The notes beneath the pieces were generated by a model. That model was not told where the DNA came from. It saw nothing but the letters and a program-made list of their open reading frames with translations, and did not search any database. The position numbers and the translations under genes were made by a program. 32,000 nt of DNA from Candidatus Kuenenia stuttgartensis (GTDB lineage: Bacteria; Planctomycetota; Brocadiia; Brocadiales; Brocadiaceae). Shown here in pieces: positions 1-9,938 of this stretch. The stretch is from contig NZ_LT934425.1 of the NCBI RefSeq assembly GCF_900232105.1, positions 30,001-62,000 on the forward strand, in the 5' to 3' direction. Position 1 is the stretch's first letter. Each line of letters opens with the position of its first letter.

Positions 1-1703
1 ATAACAAGATTCCTGTTTCCCTGTGGAAGATACTCCATCTTTGGCAATAAGAGTATTGTCGCAATAAAGGAAAACGCGGTAAGAATTAAAATAGTTGCTA
101 TTCTGGTTTTCCCCTCCTTAATTGCGAATGCCACTAAAGCCATGATTATTTTCTGAAAAAATGCACCTGCTTTCAGAAGCACACCAGGCCCGGCGAATGA
201 TTTTGTTTTTACTTTTAACCTTCGGAACAGTTGTTCCGAAAACATGGGGATCACAAAAACAGAAACGAAGAAACTTAATCCTACGGCGCATGTTACCGCA
301 ATTGCAATATCTCTGAAGAGCTGGCCAGCTTCTTCCTGCACAAACACTATGGGAAGAAATACCGCAATTGTTGTGAGCGTAGAGGCGAGTATTGCTCCCC
401 ATACTTCTTTCGTTCCTTCATATGCGGCAAGAAAAGCGGTCTTCCCCGATTTTCTGTGACGATCAATATTTTCCAGCACCACGATAGCGTTATCTACAAG
501 CATCCCGACCGCAAAAGAAATTCCGGCAAGGCTTATAACATTAAGATTTCTTCCAAATGCCTTCAAGAACAAAAACGTGCCAAAAATGCTTATGGGAATA
601 GAAGTGGCGATTATTACGGTGGAAGAAACATTTCTCAGGAAAAGCAGCAATACTGCTATTGCGAGAAAGCCACCAATAAGGATATTATTTTTCACAAGCC
701 GGATTGCCCCGTTAATATAAGGCCTCTGATCGTATACCCATTTCAGATAAACCTTTTCTTCGGCAAGTTTTTCTTTATTCAACCAATCCACTACTTCATA
801 AATGGTATTAGTAAGTTCAAGTACGTTTACGCCCGATTCCGGTTTTACGCCAATAGCAATGGCTTCTTCACCATTATGGAGCATTACATTGCTTAGTTTT
901 TCATAACCAAAACTGACTTTTGCCAAATCCGAAAGTACGATTCGCTGCTGGCCATCGGATTTTATTATTATATTTTCAATTTCTTTCGCCGAATTAAATT
1001 CCCCAATCGTTCTTATCCGGTAATCCCTTCTTTCAATGCCCATAATACCTGAAGAGATATTCACGTTTTCCGCTTTTAAGAGAGAAACAAGTTCCGTTAT
1101 TGTTACACCGTATGCAGCCATTTTTTGGGGATTGATAATGATATGCATCTCTTTGTCAGTCCCGCCATGAATCGCAAGATCTGCAACCCCCTTTACCCGG
1201 TCAAGATATTGTCTGACCTCGTCTTCAAAATATGTCCTGTAGGAATAAATCGAGCGGGGATTGTCTTCCGTTGCATGCAAAATAATCCATATAACGGGTG
1301 ATGCCGCACTTCCCGTGGGATTGATTATTGGTTTATCAACATTTTCAGGATATTCAGGCACTTCGTTGAGTTTGTTGGAGACCCGCAACAATGCATCGTC
1401 AATTCTAGTTTCAATTGTGAATTTTAGTGTAATTGAACCCATACCGTCAAACGACTCGCTCTCCATTTCTACAAGTCCGGGTATGCCTTTTAAAACCTTT
1501 TCCTGTTCTTCGATTATTTCACGTTCAATGTTGTATGGAGTAGCTCCCACCCACGTAGTAGTAACCGTAATTTCGGGTTCGGTAATGGTGGGACTTAACT
1601 GGTATGTCATTGTGAGAAGGCTGATTACCCCGAAAAGCACAACAAAGATAATCCCAACGATAATAGTAACCGGTTTTTCAATGGAAAATCTGATGCTGTC
1701 CAA
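1..1703 (-). CDS. RND-family efflux permease (AcrB/HAE1-like), N-terminal ~567 codons; 3' end lies beyond the window
   Basis: Not in the ORF track because it runs off the window. My minus-strand translation from a TTG at 1703-1701 reads (M)DSIRFSIEKPVTIIVGIIFVVLFGVISLLTMTYQLSPTITEPEITVTTTWVGATPYNIEREIIEEQEKVLKGIPGLVEMESESFDG. This is a typical RND TM1 plus porter start. The same frame is still open at nt 119-1 (...LLLPKMEYLPQGNRNLV). It starts 4 nt after the adaptor gene stop. The + strand ORFs 456-896 and 1261-1866 are its antisense shadows. Confidence 0.8.
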   Translation of the reverse strand, partial: MDSIRFSIEKPVTIIVGIIFVVLFGVISLLTMTYQLSPTITEPEITVTTTWVGATPYNIEREIIEEQEKVLKGIPGLVEMESESFDGMGSITLKFTIETRIDDALLRVSNKLNEVPEYPENVDKPIINPTGSAASPVIWIILHATEDNPRSIYSYRTYFEDEVRQYLDRVKGVADLAIHGGTDKEMHIIINPQKMAAYGVTITELVSLLKAENVNISSGIMGIERRDYRIRTIGEFNSAKEIENIIIKSDGQQRIVLSDLAKVSFGYEKLSNVMLHNGEEAIAIGVKPESGVNVLELTNTIYEVVDWLNKEKLAEEKVYLKWVYDQRPYINGAIRLVKNNILIGGFLAIAVLLLFLRNVSSTVIIATSIPISIFGTFLFLKAFGRNLNVISLAGISFAVGMLVDNAIVVLENIDRHRKSGKTAFLAAYEGTKEVWGAILASTLTTIAVFLPIVFVQEEAGQLFRDIAIAVTCAVGLSFFVSVFVIPMFSEQLFRRLKVKTKSFAGPGVLLKAGAFFQKIIMALVAFAIKEGKTRIATILILTAFSFIATILLLPKMEYLPQGNRNLV

Positions 1704-1707
1704 AAGA

Positions 1708-2778
1708 TTATATCCCCTCTCTCTTTACATTTATTCTCTGGCCGTCACGAAGCCGTTCATTTCCCTTTATTACCACCTCTGTTCCTTCCATAAGGCCAAC
1801 TCCTTCAATGCCAGCCTTTGTTTCACTGTAGTCCAGTACGCGAACAGGCGTCATATATGCTTGTGAGTCCTTTACCGCAAAAACCACCGTGTTTCCGAAA
1901 AAGTTGATTATTGCATCCCTGTCCACCAGAAGAGATTTCGTTTCTTCTCCGGAGGGCAAAGATACTACAGCCTCCATACCGGACATAAGCGTTTCAGCGT
2001 CTGTTATTCTTATTCTTACAGGGAACGTTCTTGTTGACACATCGCCGTGGGGAATCACGACAAATATTTTCCCATGGAATATTTTTTCGTTAATTTTGAC
2101 AACGGCATCCATATTTTGTTTTATTAACAGACATATTTTCTCAGGAACGTTAAGAACTACTTCAACCACATCGGTTTGCGCAATGGTTGCGATAACAGTA
2201 CCTGGCGTAAGCCATTCGCCAACCTGCACATATTTTTTTAATATTACTCCATTAAAGGGAGACCGTATGTTTTTCTTTTGAAGTTCGATTGAGAGCGACT
2301 CCAACTCCGCTTTTATTGAATCAGATTTTTTTTCAAAATTAATCAATTTAAATATAATTTCGTCATACATCTGTTGAGAAACGACTTCTTCGTGATACAG
2401 TTTTTCAACCCTTTGTTTGTTTAATAATGCCAGATCGATGTCGGATAAAACCTGATCCCTTAACGCCTTTTTCGATTTAATTTCTTTTCTCAGCAAATCC
2501 GAATTCGTTTTTACAAGCAACTCTCCCTTCTTTACCCTAAAACCTTCTTCAAGGTTTACATAGTCTGCCTTGCCATTTACTTCAGCCGCAACATCCGATA
2601 TATAGGGATAATTTACCGTTCCTATAAATTCAGTCTTTGGAGTCATTATACCGGTGGTGATTTCTGAAACAACGACAAGCGGCGGTGGACTCTGTTTTTC
2701 GCTTTGTCCGAAAAGCGATGAAATAATTGAGAGTAGCACAAAAGGCACGATAAGAAAATAACACGTCCGCATAAACAT
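1708..2778 (-). CDS. Efflux RND transporter periplasmic adaptor subunit (HlyD/AcrA family membrane fusion protein)
   Basis: 356-aa ORF with an N-terminal signal/anchor (MFMRTCYFLIVPFVLLSIISSLFG). It has a lipoyl-like hairpin segment (VNYPYISDVAAEVNGKADYVNLEEGFRVKKGELLVK), a coiled-coil middle and a beta-barrel C-terminus (RSPFNGVILKKYVQVGEWLTPG). It lies directly upstream of the RND permease. Confidence 0.85.
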   Translation of the reverse strand: MFMRTCYFLIVPFVLLSIISSLFGQSEKQSPPPLVVVSEITTGIMTPKTEFIGTVNYPYISDVAAEVNGKADYVNLEEGFRVKKGELLVKTNSDLLRKEIKSKKALRDQVLSDIDLALLNKQRVEKLYHEEVVSQQMYDEIIFKLINFEKKSDSIKAELESLSIELQKKNIRSPFNGVILKKYVQVGEWLTPGTVIATIAQTDVVEVVLNVPEKICLLIKQNMDAVVKINEKIFHGKIFVVIPHGDVSTRTFPVRIRITDAETLMSGMEAVVSLPSGEETKSLLVDRDAIINFFGNTVVFAVKDSQAYMTPVRVLDYSETKAGIEGVGLMEGTEVVIKGNERLRDGQRINVKREGI

Positions 2779-3046
2779 AAGGTATCCTTAAAAAAATAAA
2801 TTTAAGTTTTGGCAAAATATAGCCACAAGCGTATGGGTTTAGAAAAATTGAATTTAAACAAGGGGCTGCAATCCCTTGTTCAATGCGCATGCAATGTTTT
2901 TATGTTTAGAAAACCTAATTTGTTTGGCTATATCTAACGGTGAAATCCGATTTCGTATTTGAAAATTAATACTCAATGTGAAGGAATAAAGGTAAATGAG
3001 CAACAATTTGAGAATTGAACATTAACAGATATAATACCTCAAAAAA

Positions 3047-3649
3047 TTATTTCATTGTCCCTGACGCGAAGATATCGACAAATTCCTTTATAATCGCATC
3101 TGAATCATCAATTCTGTATTTTTTCCACATGAGAAATTCCTTTGCATCAAAATAGGAGAATAACATCCCAAGGAAGGCACGTGCTGCAGTTTCAGCATTA
3201 AACTCCCGAAGAACCCCTTTCTTTTGCATCGTTGTGAAATAGGAAGCCAGCGTTTTAAAAATTTCATCAATAAACGCATGATACATTTTTAGGATTTTTT
3301 GAGGATATCTTTGAATTTCAATATGCATTATTTTTATAATATCTTTTCTCACAGCAAGCGTATCGAGGAATCTTTCCGCAATAACAGTCAATGCTTCCGT
3401 ATAATGCATTTCAGCAACCTCCGGCAGAAGTCCCTGCAAAGCCGGAAGAAACGAATAGGTATTTAAAACTTCTTCAAAAAGTTTTTCTTTTGATATAAAA
3501 TGCCTGAAAATCGTTACCTCTGCAGTGCCCGCCTCTTTTGCGATTTCTCTCGTAGTTGTGCCAAGATAGCCTTTTTTTGAAAAAAGCTTCAATCCCGTTT
3601 CCAGAATCTTTTTCCTCGCCGAGTGTGCTTCTTCCTGATGACCGGACAT
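3047..3649 (-). CDS. TetR/AcrR family transcriptional regulator
   Basis: HTH signature ARKKILETGLKLFSKKGYLGTTTREIAKEAGTAEVTIFRHFISKEKLFEEV. The track ORF starts at a TTG (3697); the ATG at 3649 (MSGHQEE...) is the more plausible start. Same strand as and upstream of the efflux genes. Confidence 0.85.
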   Translation of the reverse strand: MSGHQEEAHSARKKILETGLKLFSKKGYLGTTTREIAKEAGTAEVTIFRHFISKEKLFEEVLNTYSFLPALQGLLPEVAEMHYTEALTVIAERFLDTLAVRKDIIKIMHIEIQRYPQKILKMYHAFIDEIFKTLASYFTTMQKKGVLREFNAETAARAFLGMLFSYFDAKEFLMWKKYRIDDSDAIIKEFVDIFASGTMK

Positions 3650-4108
3650 GATATATAACGAATACTGTAGTTTATTCAAAATAAAATTGATTTGCAATTG
3701 TTAGCATACGCTTACATTAGCATTATAATTTGAATATATTGTTTTTCAACATTTAAAACAGATACATAGGTTTCTCATTACTTTTTTGCATGAACAATTG
3801 TTTTGATTGATAACGACCCTTTGAACGATTACAATTATGGCTTATTGCCGATAACGTACATGCACAATACTTCATTTACCGTATCAATTTAATCTCTTGA
3901 AAAAACAAAAACGCTCATTTCCATGCCAGAGTTTTAAAACAAGGGCGATTGCTAAAAACTGTGCCCCGCTGACGTGGTTGTAGAAGGTGAAATTGAGGGG
4001 TAGGAATGCAGAATGACTGCTGCACAGCATGATTTTGCTTTGATGGTTTTTCAAAAAAACGAAAGTGTTACGATTTATTAAATTCCTCTCTTTATAACAA
4101 CGGTAACA

Positions 4109-5941
4109 ATGTTTGAACGGCTTCATTACATCGACGTTTCCATTATCCTTGCCTATCTTTTCTTCACTTTTCTGATTGGTGTGTATTTTTCACGCCGTGC
4201 ATCAAAAAACATGGACGAGTTTTTTGTTTCGGGGCGATGTTTGCCGTGGTGGATTGTAGGCACTTCTATGGTTGCCACAACGTTTGCGGCTGATACGCCC
4301 CTTGCTGTTTCCGGTCTTGTTGCAAAAGGTGGTATCTGGAAGAACTGGATTTGGTGGAATTGGGGAGTAGGCGGTATTTTTGCCGTATTTCTCTTTGCAC
4401 GTCTCTGGAACAGGGCTGGCATTACCACAGATGCAGAGCTGGTTGAGCTGCGTTACGACGGCATGGCTGCCGCATGTCTCCGGATTTACCGTGCAGTATG
4501 GTTTGGCCTTTTTCAGAATGTGCTGATAATTGCATGGGTTATGAAGGCAATGTCCAAGATCATTGTCACCATCATGGGGTGGGACCAGACTACTATAATA
4601 CTTGGGCTGAATGCCGAGGTATTTGCCGTTTTGGTGCTTTTCCTGATTACGGTTGTTTACACGACAATGTCAGGGCTTTGGGGGGTCGTTGCTACTGATG
4701 TGGTACAGTTTATCATCGCAATGACAGGATCAATTTATCTTGCAGTTGCTTCAGTTATAAAACTTGGCGGAATGGCTGAAATACAACGCAAACTGGCAGA
4801 AGGGCATTTTGACGTAGATTCTGTCCTGAGAATCATTCCAAAGGTTACGCCGCTTAACCATACCACACCGTTTACGGAATTCCTGGCGCTTGTCTTAATC
4901 GTGTGGGTGGTTATGTACAATGTGGATGGGGGAGGTTATATTGCGCAACGACTGTTTGCCGCAAAAAATGAACGGCATTCCATGTTTGCTTATTTATGGT
5001 TTAACACTGCCATGATATGCCTGCGTCCCTGGCCATGGATTATTGTCGGACTCTGCGGCATGGCATATTTTGGGAAGATTGATGACGTGGAAACATACTA
5101 TCCGCTTATGATGAAAGAGACGCTGCCTGTAGGGATGTTCGGTGTTATGATCGCTGCATTTTTCGCGGCGTTTATGTCAACTATCGACACGCAGTTAAAC
5201 TGGGGCGCCTCTATCATCGTTAATGATTGTTATAAACGTTTTTTTAGGAAAACATCAGGCGATAAAGAATATGTGCTGATAGCAAGAATCGTTATTGTAT
5301 GCCTTGCCTTTCTTGGTGCGTTTTTTTCATTTGCAGTGAAGGATATTTCTCAGGTATGGATTATTGTATTTTCTGTTACAGCGGGGATTGGTTCTGTTTA
5401 TATATTGCGCTGGTATTGGTGGCGGGTAAATGCATGGTCGGAAATTTCGGCGTTTTCCCTTGCGCTTGCCGGCACATTTGTCTTTAAAGGCATTCCGTTT
5501 TCAAATCGACTCTCTTTTTTAAAAGATACCATCTGGGGGAAAGGATTGTCCGGTTTTTATCCGGAACAACCACTGTTTCAGTTTCCCTATTCAATTGCAG
5601 TATCAATGGTTGTTATTATTCCCGCCTGGATAGCAATTACATTCATTACCCGTCCGGTATCCCAAAACCATCTTATCGCCTTTTACAAAAAGGTGTATCC
5701 CGGAGGGCCTGGTTGGAAGTCAATTGCGCAAAAAGTCCCCGGTTATGAAGATCAAGGGATTAAACCGGTAACTTTCCTTCATATTCTATTGGGAATTATC
5801 GTGGTAAATTGCATCCTGATAGGAACGGGAAAGGTTATATTGGGCGCTGAAGTATCGGGAATAATCTTATTGCTTGTTGCAATTTATTCGGGAACCGCAT
5901 TGTTTTTTTTCCTGAAAAAACAAGAAAAACGCTTGCGATAA
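4109..5941 (+). CDS. Sodium:solute symporter (SSS) family transporter
   Basis: 610-aa polytopic membrane protein. N-terminal pattern YFSRRASKNMDEFFVSGRCLPWWIVGTSMVATTFAADTPLAVSG and the later GGGYIAQRLFAAKNE are typical of the SSS family. Confidence 0.75.
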   Translation: MFERLHYIDVSIILAYLFFTFLIGVYFSRRASKNMDEFFVSGRCLPWWIVGTSMVATTFAADTPLAVSGLVAKGGIWKNWIWWNWGVGGIFAVFLFARLWNRAGITTDAELVELRYDGMAAACLRIYRAVWFGLFQNVLIIAWVMKAMSKIIVTIMGWDQTTIILGLNAEVFAVLVLFLITVVYTTMSGLWGVVATDVVQFIIAMTGSIYLAVASVIKLGGMAEIQRKLAEGHFDVDSVLRIIPKVTPLNHTTPFTEFLALVLIVWVVMYNVDGGGYIAQRLFAAKNERHSMFAYLWFNTAMICLRPWPWIIVGLCGMAYFGKIDDVETYYPLMMKETLPVGMFGVMIAAFFAAFMSTIDTQLNWGASIIVNDCYKRFFRKTSGDKEYVLIARIVIVCLAFLGAFFSFAVKDISQVWIIVFSVTAGIGSVYILRWYWWRVNAWSEISAFSLALAGTFVFKGIPFSNRLSFLKDTIWGKGLSGFYPEQPLFQFPYSIAVSMVVIIPAWIAITFITRPVSQNHLIAFYKKVYPGGPGWKSIAQKVPGYEDQGIKPVTFLHILLGIIVVNCILIGTGKVILGAEVSGIILLLVAIYSGTALFFFLKKQEKRLR

Positions 5942-5975
5942 ACTGCGAATTGAATCATTGCCGCAAAACTCATTT

Positions 5976-6803
5976 TCAGAGCAGAAGTGCGCTGAAAAAA
6001 CCAATCAACGCCCCAAATACCCCTCCCCAAACAACAAGCCAGCCCAGGTGACTGCGTATCATTTCCTCAACAATTTTCTTTACATGTTGCGGCGATAATT
6101 CATTGAGTCTCGCATTTACCATAGTATCAATCTTCGACCGAAAGGAGTCGAAATCAGTTTCTTTTTGCAATATCGAAGCTATGTCAATGTTTGTTATGAT
6201 ATCCGTCACCTGTTTTTCCATTTCGGCTTTAAATGGTTCTCTCAGCGGTTCAAGGGCATTTTTTCCTCCAAACATATCCAGCATGCCGCCAAAGGTCGAT
6301 TTTTTCACGGTGGAAACCAGCCCGGCAAATACTTTGTCAAAATCTATCTGATCCATTACAAGTTCCGGCTTTATGGTATGAGGAAGTGTTTCCTGCGTGA
6401 CTTTGGCAAAGTTTTTTTCTGTAAAAAAATTCTCCATAATCAACGAACGAATGCCTTCCTTAAATTGTTCAAACCTGAGCGTAATTATTCCTGAACCGTA
6501 CAGGCCGGGTATTTTTTCGAATAACATATGAATGGCTACCCAGTTTGTCAATGCGCCGGACAAGGCAAAGAGACTTGCATGCACTATCACTGTCTTTCCA
6601 AAAAAAGATGGATAAAAATAAGAAACAAGAAAGACAATACCGGCTATAAGATTGGTAAGTAAACTTTTATTCACGAAAGATATCCTCACTGAAATTTCAA
6701 ATAATAAGGCATAGATATAGTCAAACAAATAAGGTTTTAGAAAATTTACCTCTCCCCCCTGCCGCCTCTTTTTAGATGGAAGAGAAGATGCCCCCTCTAT
6801 CAA
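5976..6803 (-). CDS. DUF445-family membrane protein (start uncertain)
   Basis: Motifs GALTNWVAIHMLFEKIPG and the C-terminal HLGWLVVWGGVFGALIGFFSALLL match my recollection of DUF445 (YheB-like). The 5' ~25 codons overlap a REP-like hairpin (6790-6821), so the true start may be further downstream. Confidence 0.55.
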   Translation of the reverse strand: MIEGASSLPSKKRRQGGEVNFLKPYLFDYIYALLFEISVRISFVNKSLLTNLIAGIVFLVSYFYPSFFGKTVIVHASLFALSGALTNWVAIHMLFEKIPGLYGSGIITLRFEQFKEGIRSLIMENFFTEKNFAKVTQETLPHTIKPELVMDQIDFDKVFAGLVSTVKKSTFGGMLDMFGGKNALEPLREPFKAEMEKQVTDIITNIDIASILQKETDFDSFRSKIDTMVNARLNELSPQHVKKIVEEMIRSHLGWLVVWGGVFGALIGFFSALLL

Positions 6804-6921
6804 AAGGAAATTTAAGGGGGCGTTTGATAGTATGCTTAGTCAAATAAATCTGTTTTTTTAGAAAGCCATTTTATCGCCAAATTTTTAAAACTATATTTGT
6901 TTGGCTATATAACAAACTTCT

Positions 6922-8148
6922 TTAGTATGATTCATATTCCGAACTATTCGGAACGAATGTTTTTTTTCCTGCGAACGGAAAGACTCTTGCAAAAACGGCC
7001 TTGAGATATCTCCCTTCCGGAAATACAGAACTAAACGGATGATCCGGCGCAGCTCCTGTGATTTTAAATATTTGCAATATTACACCGGCTTCGGCGGCTG
7101 AACGGGTAAGTATTGAAAGAAAATCTTTTTCTGAAATAAGGCCGGAACAGGAACAGGTTAGCAATATCCCCCCTGGCCGGACCACTTGCATACCAAGCCG
7201 GTTAATATCTCCATATGTTCTCATGGCTCTCTTTATTTCTCCTGTACAACCGGCAAGCTTGGCGGGATCCAGTATTACCACATCTGTTTGCGTACCACTG
7301 TTATACATTTTTCTTAAAAAATCAAATACGTCAATATGTACATACGAAATAGCTGCCGAATTTAACCGGGCGTTTTCTTTTGCGGTTTCTAATGCCTTTT
7401 CATCAAGGTCAACGCCTGTTGCAGACCTTGCGCCTGCACGCATTGCAGATATTCCAAACCCTCCGGTGTAACAAAAACAATCAAGCACCTCCTTGTCGCG
7501 ACATAAAAGAGACAAGGCCAAACGGTTTTCCCTCTGGTCAAGAAAAAAACCTGTTTTGTGTCCCGATTTGAAATTTATCATCATACGCATATTGTTTTCG
7601 CAGATTATCACCGAATCAGGGCACGGGTAAATCCTTGACACTTTCGAGAAATCCACCCCTTCTTTTTCCGCATTCCTGGCATCGGGTCTTACCGTTACAT
7701 TGCTATCCGGATAGAGGGTTTTTAGTGACGAAACTATCCAGTCCATAATTCCAATGTAGCCGGCGGAATAAGGTTCAACTACAATCACATGGGCAAATTT
7801 ATCAATGATCAGGCCGGAAAGCCCGTCTGCCTCGCCATGAACGAGCCTGTAGCAATCCGACGTCTTATGTATCCCCAACACCTCTTCACGCAATGCTTTG
7901 GCGTATTCAAGTTTTTTTAATATAAATTCCTTGCACAAATGTTCGGTAACATTTTCGGTTAAAAGCCGAATACCGATATTGCTTTTCCGGTTATAAATAC
8001 CCCTGCCGATAAACCCTCCTTCTTTGGATACCACTTCAACCAATGTCCCTGGTGGAACAGGTTTTTGCGGATGACGAATCATGCGGTTGAAGATCCATGG
8101 GTGGAGTGAATTTCTTTTTGCTTTAAGTGATATAACAGGAAGTTTCAT
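6922..8148 (-). CDS. rlmI: Class I SAM-dependent rRNA methyltransferase, RlmI-like (PUA + MTase)
   Basis: 408 aa. N-terminal KRNSLHPWIFNRMI...GTLVEVVSKEGGFIGRGIYN (PUA-like). SAM-binding VLDCFCYTGGFGISA, VDLDEKALETAKENARLN and VILDPAKLA. Confidence 0.7.
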   Translation of the reverse strand: MKLPVISLKAKRNSLHPWIFNRMIRHPQKPVPPGTLVEVVSKEGGFIGRGIYNRKSNIGIRLLTENVTEHLCKEFILKKLEYAKALREEVLGIHKTSDCYRLVHGEADGLSGLIIDKFAHVIVVEPYSAGYIGIMDWIVSSLKTLYPDSNVTVRPDARNAEKEGVDFSKVSRIYPCPDSVIICENNMRMMINFKSGHKTGFFLDQRENRLALSLLCRDKEVLDCFCYTGGFGISAMRAGARSATGVDLDEKALETAKENARLNSAAISYVHIDVFDFLRKMYNSGTQTDVVILDPAKLAGCTGEIKRAMRTYGDINRLGMQVVRPGGILLTCSCSGLISEKDFLSILTRSAAEAGVILQIFKITGAAPDHPFSSVFPEGRYLKAVFARVFPFAGKKTFVPNSSEYESY

Positions 8149-8238
8149 TTAACAGAGATGGCAGTCTTTAAAATTTGTTTAAAAAGTTGTTTGCGGCCAG
8201 TATTGGCAGCGAGTAATAGTAATTCCTCACAAATATTG

Positions 8239-8775
8239 TTATTTACCAGACTCCGCCGGATTCCACAACCCTTTTCTATTTTCTCTTGCATCTGCGAATG
8301 CCTTCTGGAATTTCTTTTTATATTTAACATTGAGTCGCTCAGCAGAAGGGCTTGCAAACCCAGCCTTAATAATTTCCTCATTAAGCATCCTTCCATCCTC
8401 AAGATATACGTATCCCAGATACCTGCCGTCCTTATCCAAAAACTGGATGTCAAACTCTATCGATACTTTATCATTCGGTTTTACCAGGCTTTTCGTAAAC
8501 TCCAGGGTACGTTTGCCTATCAGCAGGATGTCGTTTACATCTTTTTCATATTTTTCGGCGTTGTCCAGTACTGCACTGTTTAGCTTAGTGTCGGGCGTGG
8601 TTATTCCCACCAATTTAAACCGTTCTTCGTTGCTTTTATACCTTACCCTTAAAGTATCACTATCGATCACGGATAACACAATTGCCTTGTCCCTTGCAAA
8701 AAGATGGGGTAAGAATACAACATTGAATAAGAAAAACAAAACAATAACTTTGGGAGATAGTTTCATTTTAAACAC
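8239..8775 (-). CDS. Secreted thermonuclease (staphylococcal nuclease / SNase family)
   Basis: SNase-like motifs VIDSDTLRVRY...FKLVGITTPD, DKDGRYLGYVYLEDGRMLNEEIIKAGFA and ARENRKGLW. Signal peptide KLSPKVIVLFFLFNVVFLPHLFA. I place the start at GTG 8775, 6 nt after an AGGAGG, rather than the track's 8826. Confidence 0.75.
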   Translation of the reverse strand: MFKMKLSPKVIVLFFLFNVVFLPHLFARDKAIVLSVIDSDTLRVRYKSNEERFKLVGITTPDTKLNSAVLDNAEKYEKDVNDILLIGKRTLEFTKSLVKPNDKVSIEFDIQFLDKDGRYLGYVYLEDGRMLNEEIIKAGFASPSAERLNVKYKKKFQKAFADARENRKGLWNPAESGK

Positions 8776-8813
8776 GGTGTGCCTCCTGTATGAAATAATA
8801 CGATTGTATTGTT

Positions 8814-9179
8814 TTACTGTGGACATGGATAAGCCTCTTTTAACGCATCAACAACTAACACAACTGCTGGTTCATTCCATCTTTCCGGGTTTTCCTTTAA
8901 ATATTTTGACACTGTTGACACTATTTCTCCTTGTGTGGGGTCTGATGGACTCGCGCAAAAGAATGCCCCATCACATGCATCATAAACGCCTCCGATAAAA
9001 CCCAGATAAAGGCCTGTCTTTAACCAATCAACCTCTTTCATCCCGGACACTGCCTTATCATTTTCCTTCATATGATCCACAAGTTTGATCCCTGAAGTGA
9101 ATGGTACGGCGTCTGCATTCACTGTGTTAAAAACCCCCGCACATATAATAACCATAACAAAAAAAATACACCTTCTCAT
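8814..9179 (-). CDS. Small exported protein, possibly Rap1a/Tai4-like fold
   Basis: Signal peptide MRRCIFFVMVIICAGVFNTVNA. The C-terminal pattern GLYLGFIGGVYDACDGAFFCASPSDPTQGEIVSTVSKYLKENPERWNEPAVVLVVDALKEAYPC resembles the Rap1a/Tai4 immunity-protein signature (GYI.GV.D ... C.P ... Q ... L..NPE ... A..LV..AL..A.PC) as I remember it. Start taken at the second ATG (GGAG 9 nt upstream); 9194 is the alternative. Confidence 0.4.
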   Translation of the reverse strand: MRRCIFFVMVIICAGVFNTVNADAVPFTSGIKLVDHMKENDKAVSGMKEVDWLKTGLYLGFIGGVYDACDGAFFCASPSDPTQGEIVSTVSKYLKENPERWNEPAVVLVVDALKEAYPCPQ

Positions 9180-9206
9180 TTTATCAGTCTCCATTTTTTA
9201 ATAATT

Positions 9207-9566
9207 TTAGTAATTCCACGATCCGTCTTTATTCCATCTTGGCGGCAATTCTTTTAAAATGCCCATTTTTTCTAACAAAACTCCGGCTAATGAACGTCCT
9301 TTTTGAAGAAACTCTCCCGATTTCGCACATTGAGGTTCAGGAATATATCCTAATGAGAGTGCTTCCTGTACCGTAATTAATCGTAATTTCCGAACATCTT
9401 TCACACAATTCGGGGCATAATATTCCTTGTCCTCATCATTAACATAAACATAGGTATTCCGGGGCATTGTCTTCGATACATTCACTGCTAATCCGGCAAT
9501 AACTACTAAGAGCAAAAGACTACTGACCCCCATAAATAAAAAACGCTTTTTATCATACTTTATCAT
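9207..9566 (-). CDS. Small membrane-anchored hypothetical protein
   Basis: 119-aa ORF with a good SD (GGGGAGG 9 nt upstream) and an N-terminal TM anchor (FLFMGVSSLLLLVVIAGLAV). It has two Cys in a YYAPNC...EALSLGYIPEPQC arrangement. No family recognised. Confidence 0.5.
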   Translation of the reverse strand: MIKYDKKRFLFMGVSSLLLLVVIAGLAVNVSKTMPRNTYVYVNDEDKEYYAPNCVKDVRKLRLITVQEALSLGYIPEPQCAKSGEFLQKGRSLAGVLLEKMGILKELPPRWNKDGSWNY

Positions 9567-9938
9567 ACATCGGAACCTCCCCTTTGGGCTTCTTTATAGT
9601 AATTTATGTAAAATAACGAGTGATACTGACCCGCAACCAATTAAAACACAAGAAAGCTGGGTAGTATAAAACATATTTACTTCTCTCTATATGTTTTTTC
9701 GCCGGTATTTCACACCTTCAATCAATTTTGTAAATAATTGTAACTATTTATGGCAATAATATCTTTATAATACTTTTGTAACGATAGAAAAATTATATGT
9801 AATACAGACAAATCGGAAATGAAAAACAGCGCTGTGTTTTATTCATAGTAAGGAAGGGTGACGCGATAGCGTACTCACCGTTGCTTGTATCTAAAGCTAT
9901 TATACAAATACATTCATGCAAGGGTTCAGGCCACAAAC

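Noticed and set aside
456-2281. Plus-strand ORFs 456-896, 1261-1866 and 1889-2281 (146, 201 and 130 aa)
   Set aside because: They lie antisense to the clearly coding RND permease and adaptor genes. They have low-complexity, S/I/F-rich composition, no SD sites and no recognisable motifs. They are shadow ORFs.
2857-2880. Hairpin aacaaggg-N8-cccttgtt between tetR and the adaptor gene as an intrinsic terminator
   Set aside because: The 8-bp stem is real. It lies ~165 nt past the tetR stop and is followed on the minus strand by only a weak, interrupted T-run, so the support for calling a terminator is insufficient.
3884-4126. 80-aa minus-strand ORF in the tetR / symporter intergenic region
   Set aside because: It has no SD and no motif, overlaps the symporter start, and lies in what is more likely a promoter region.
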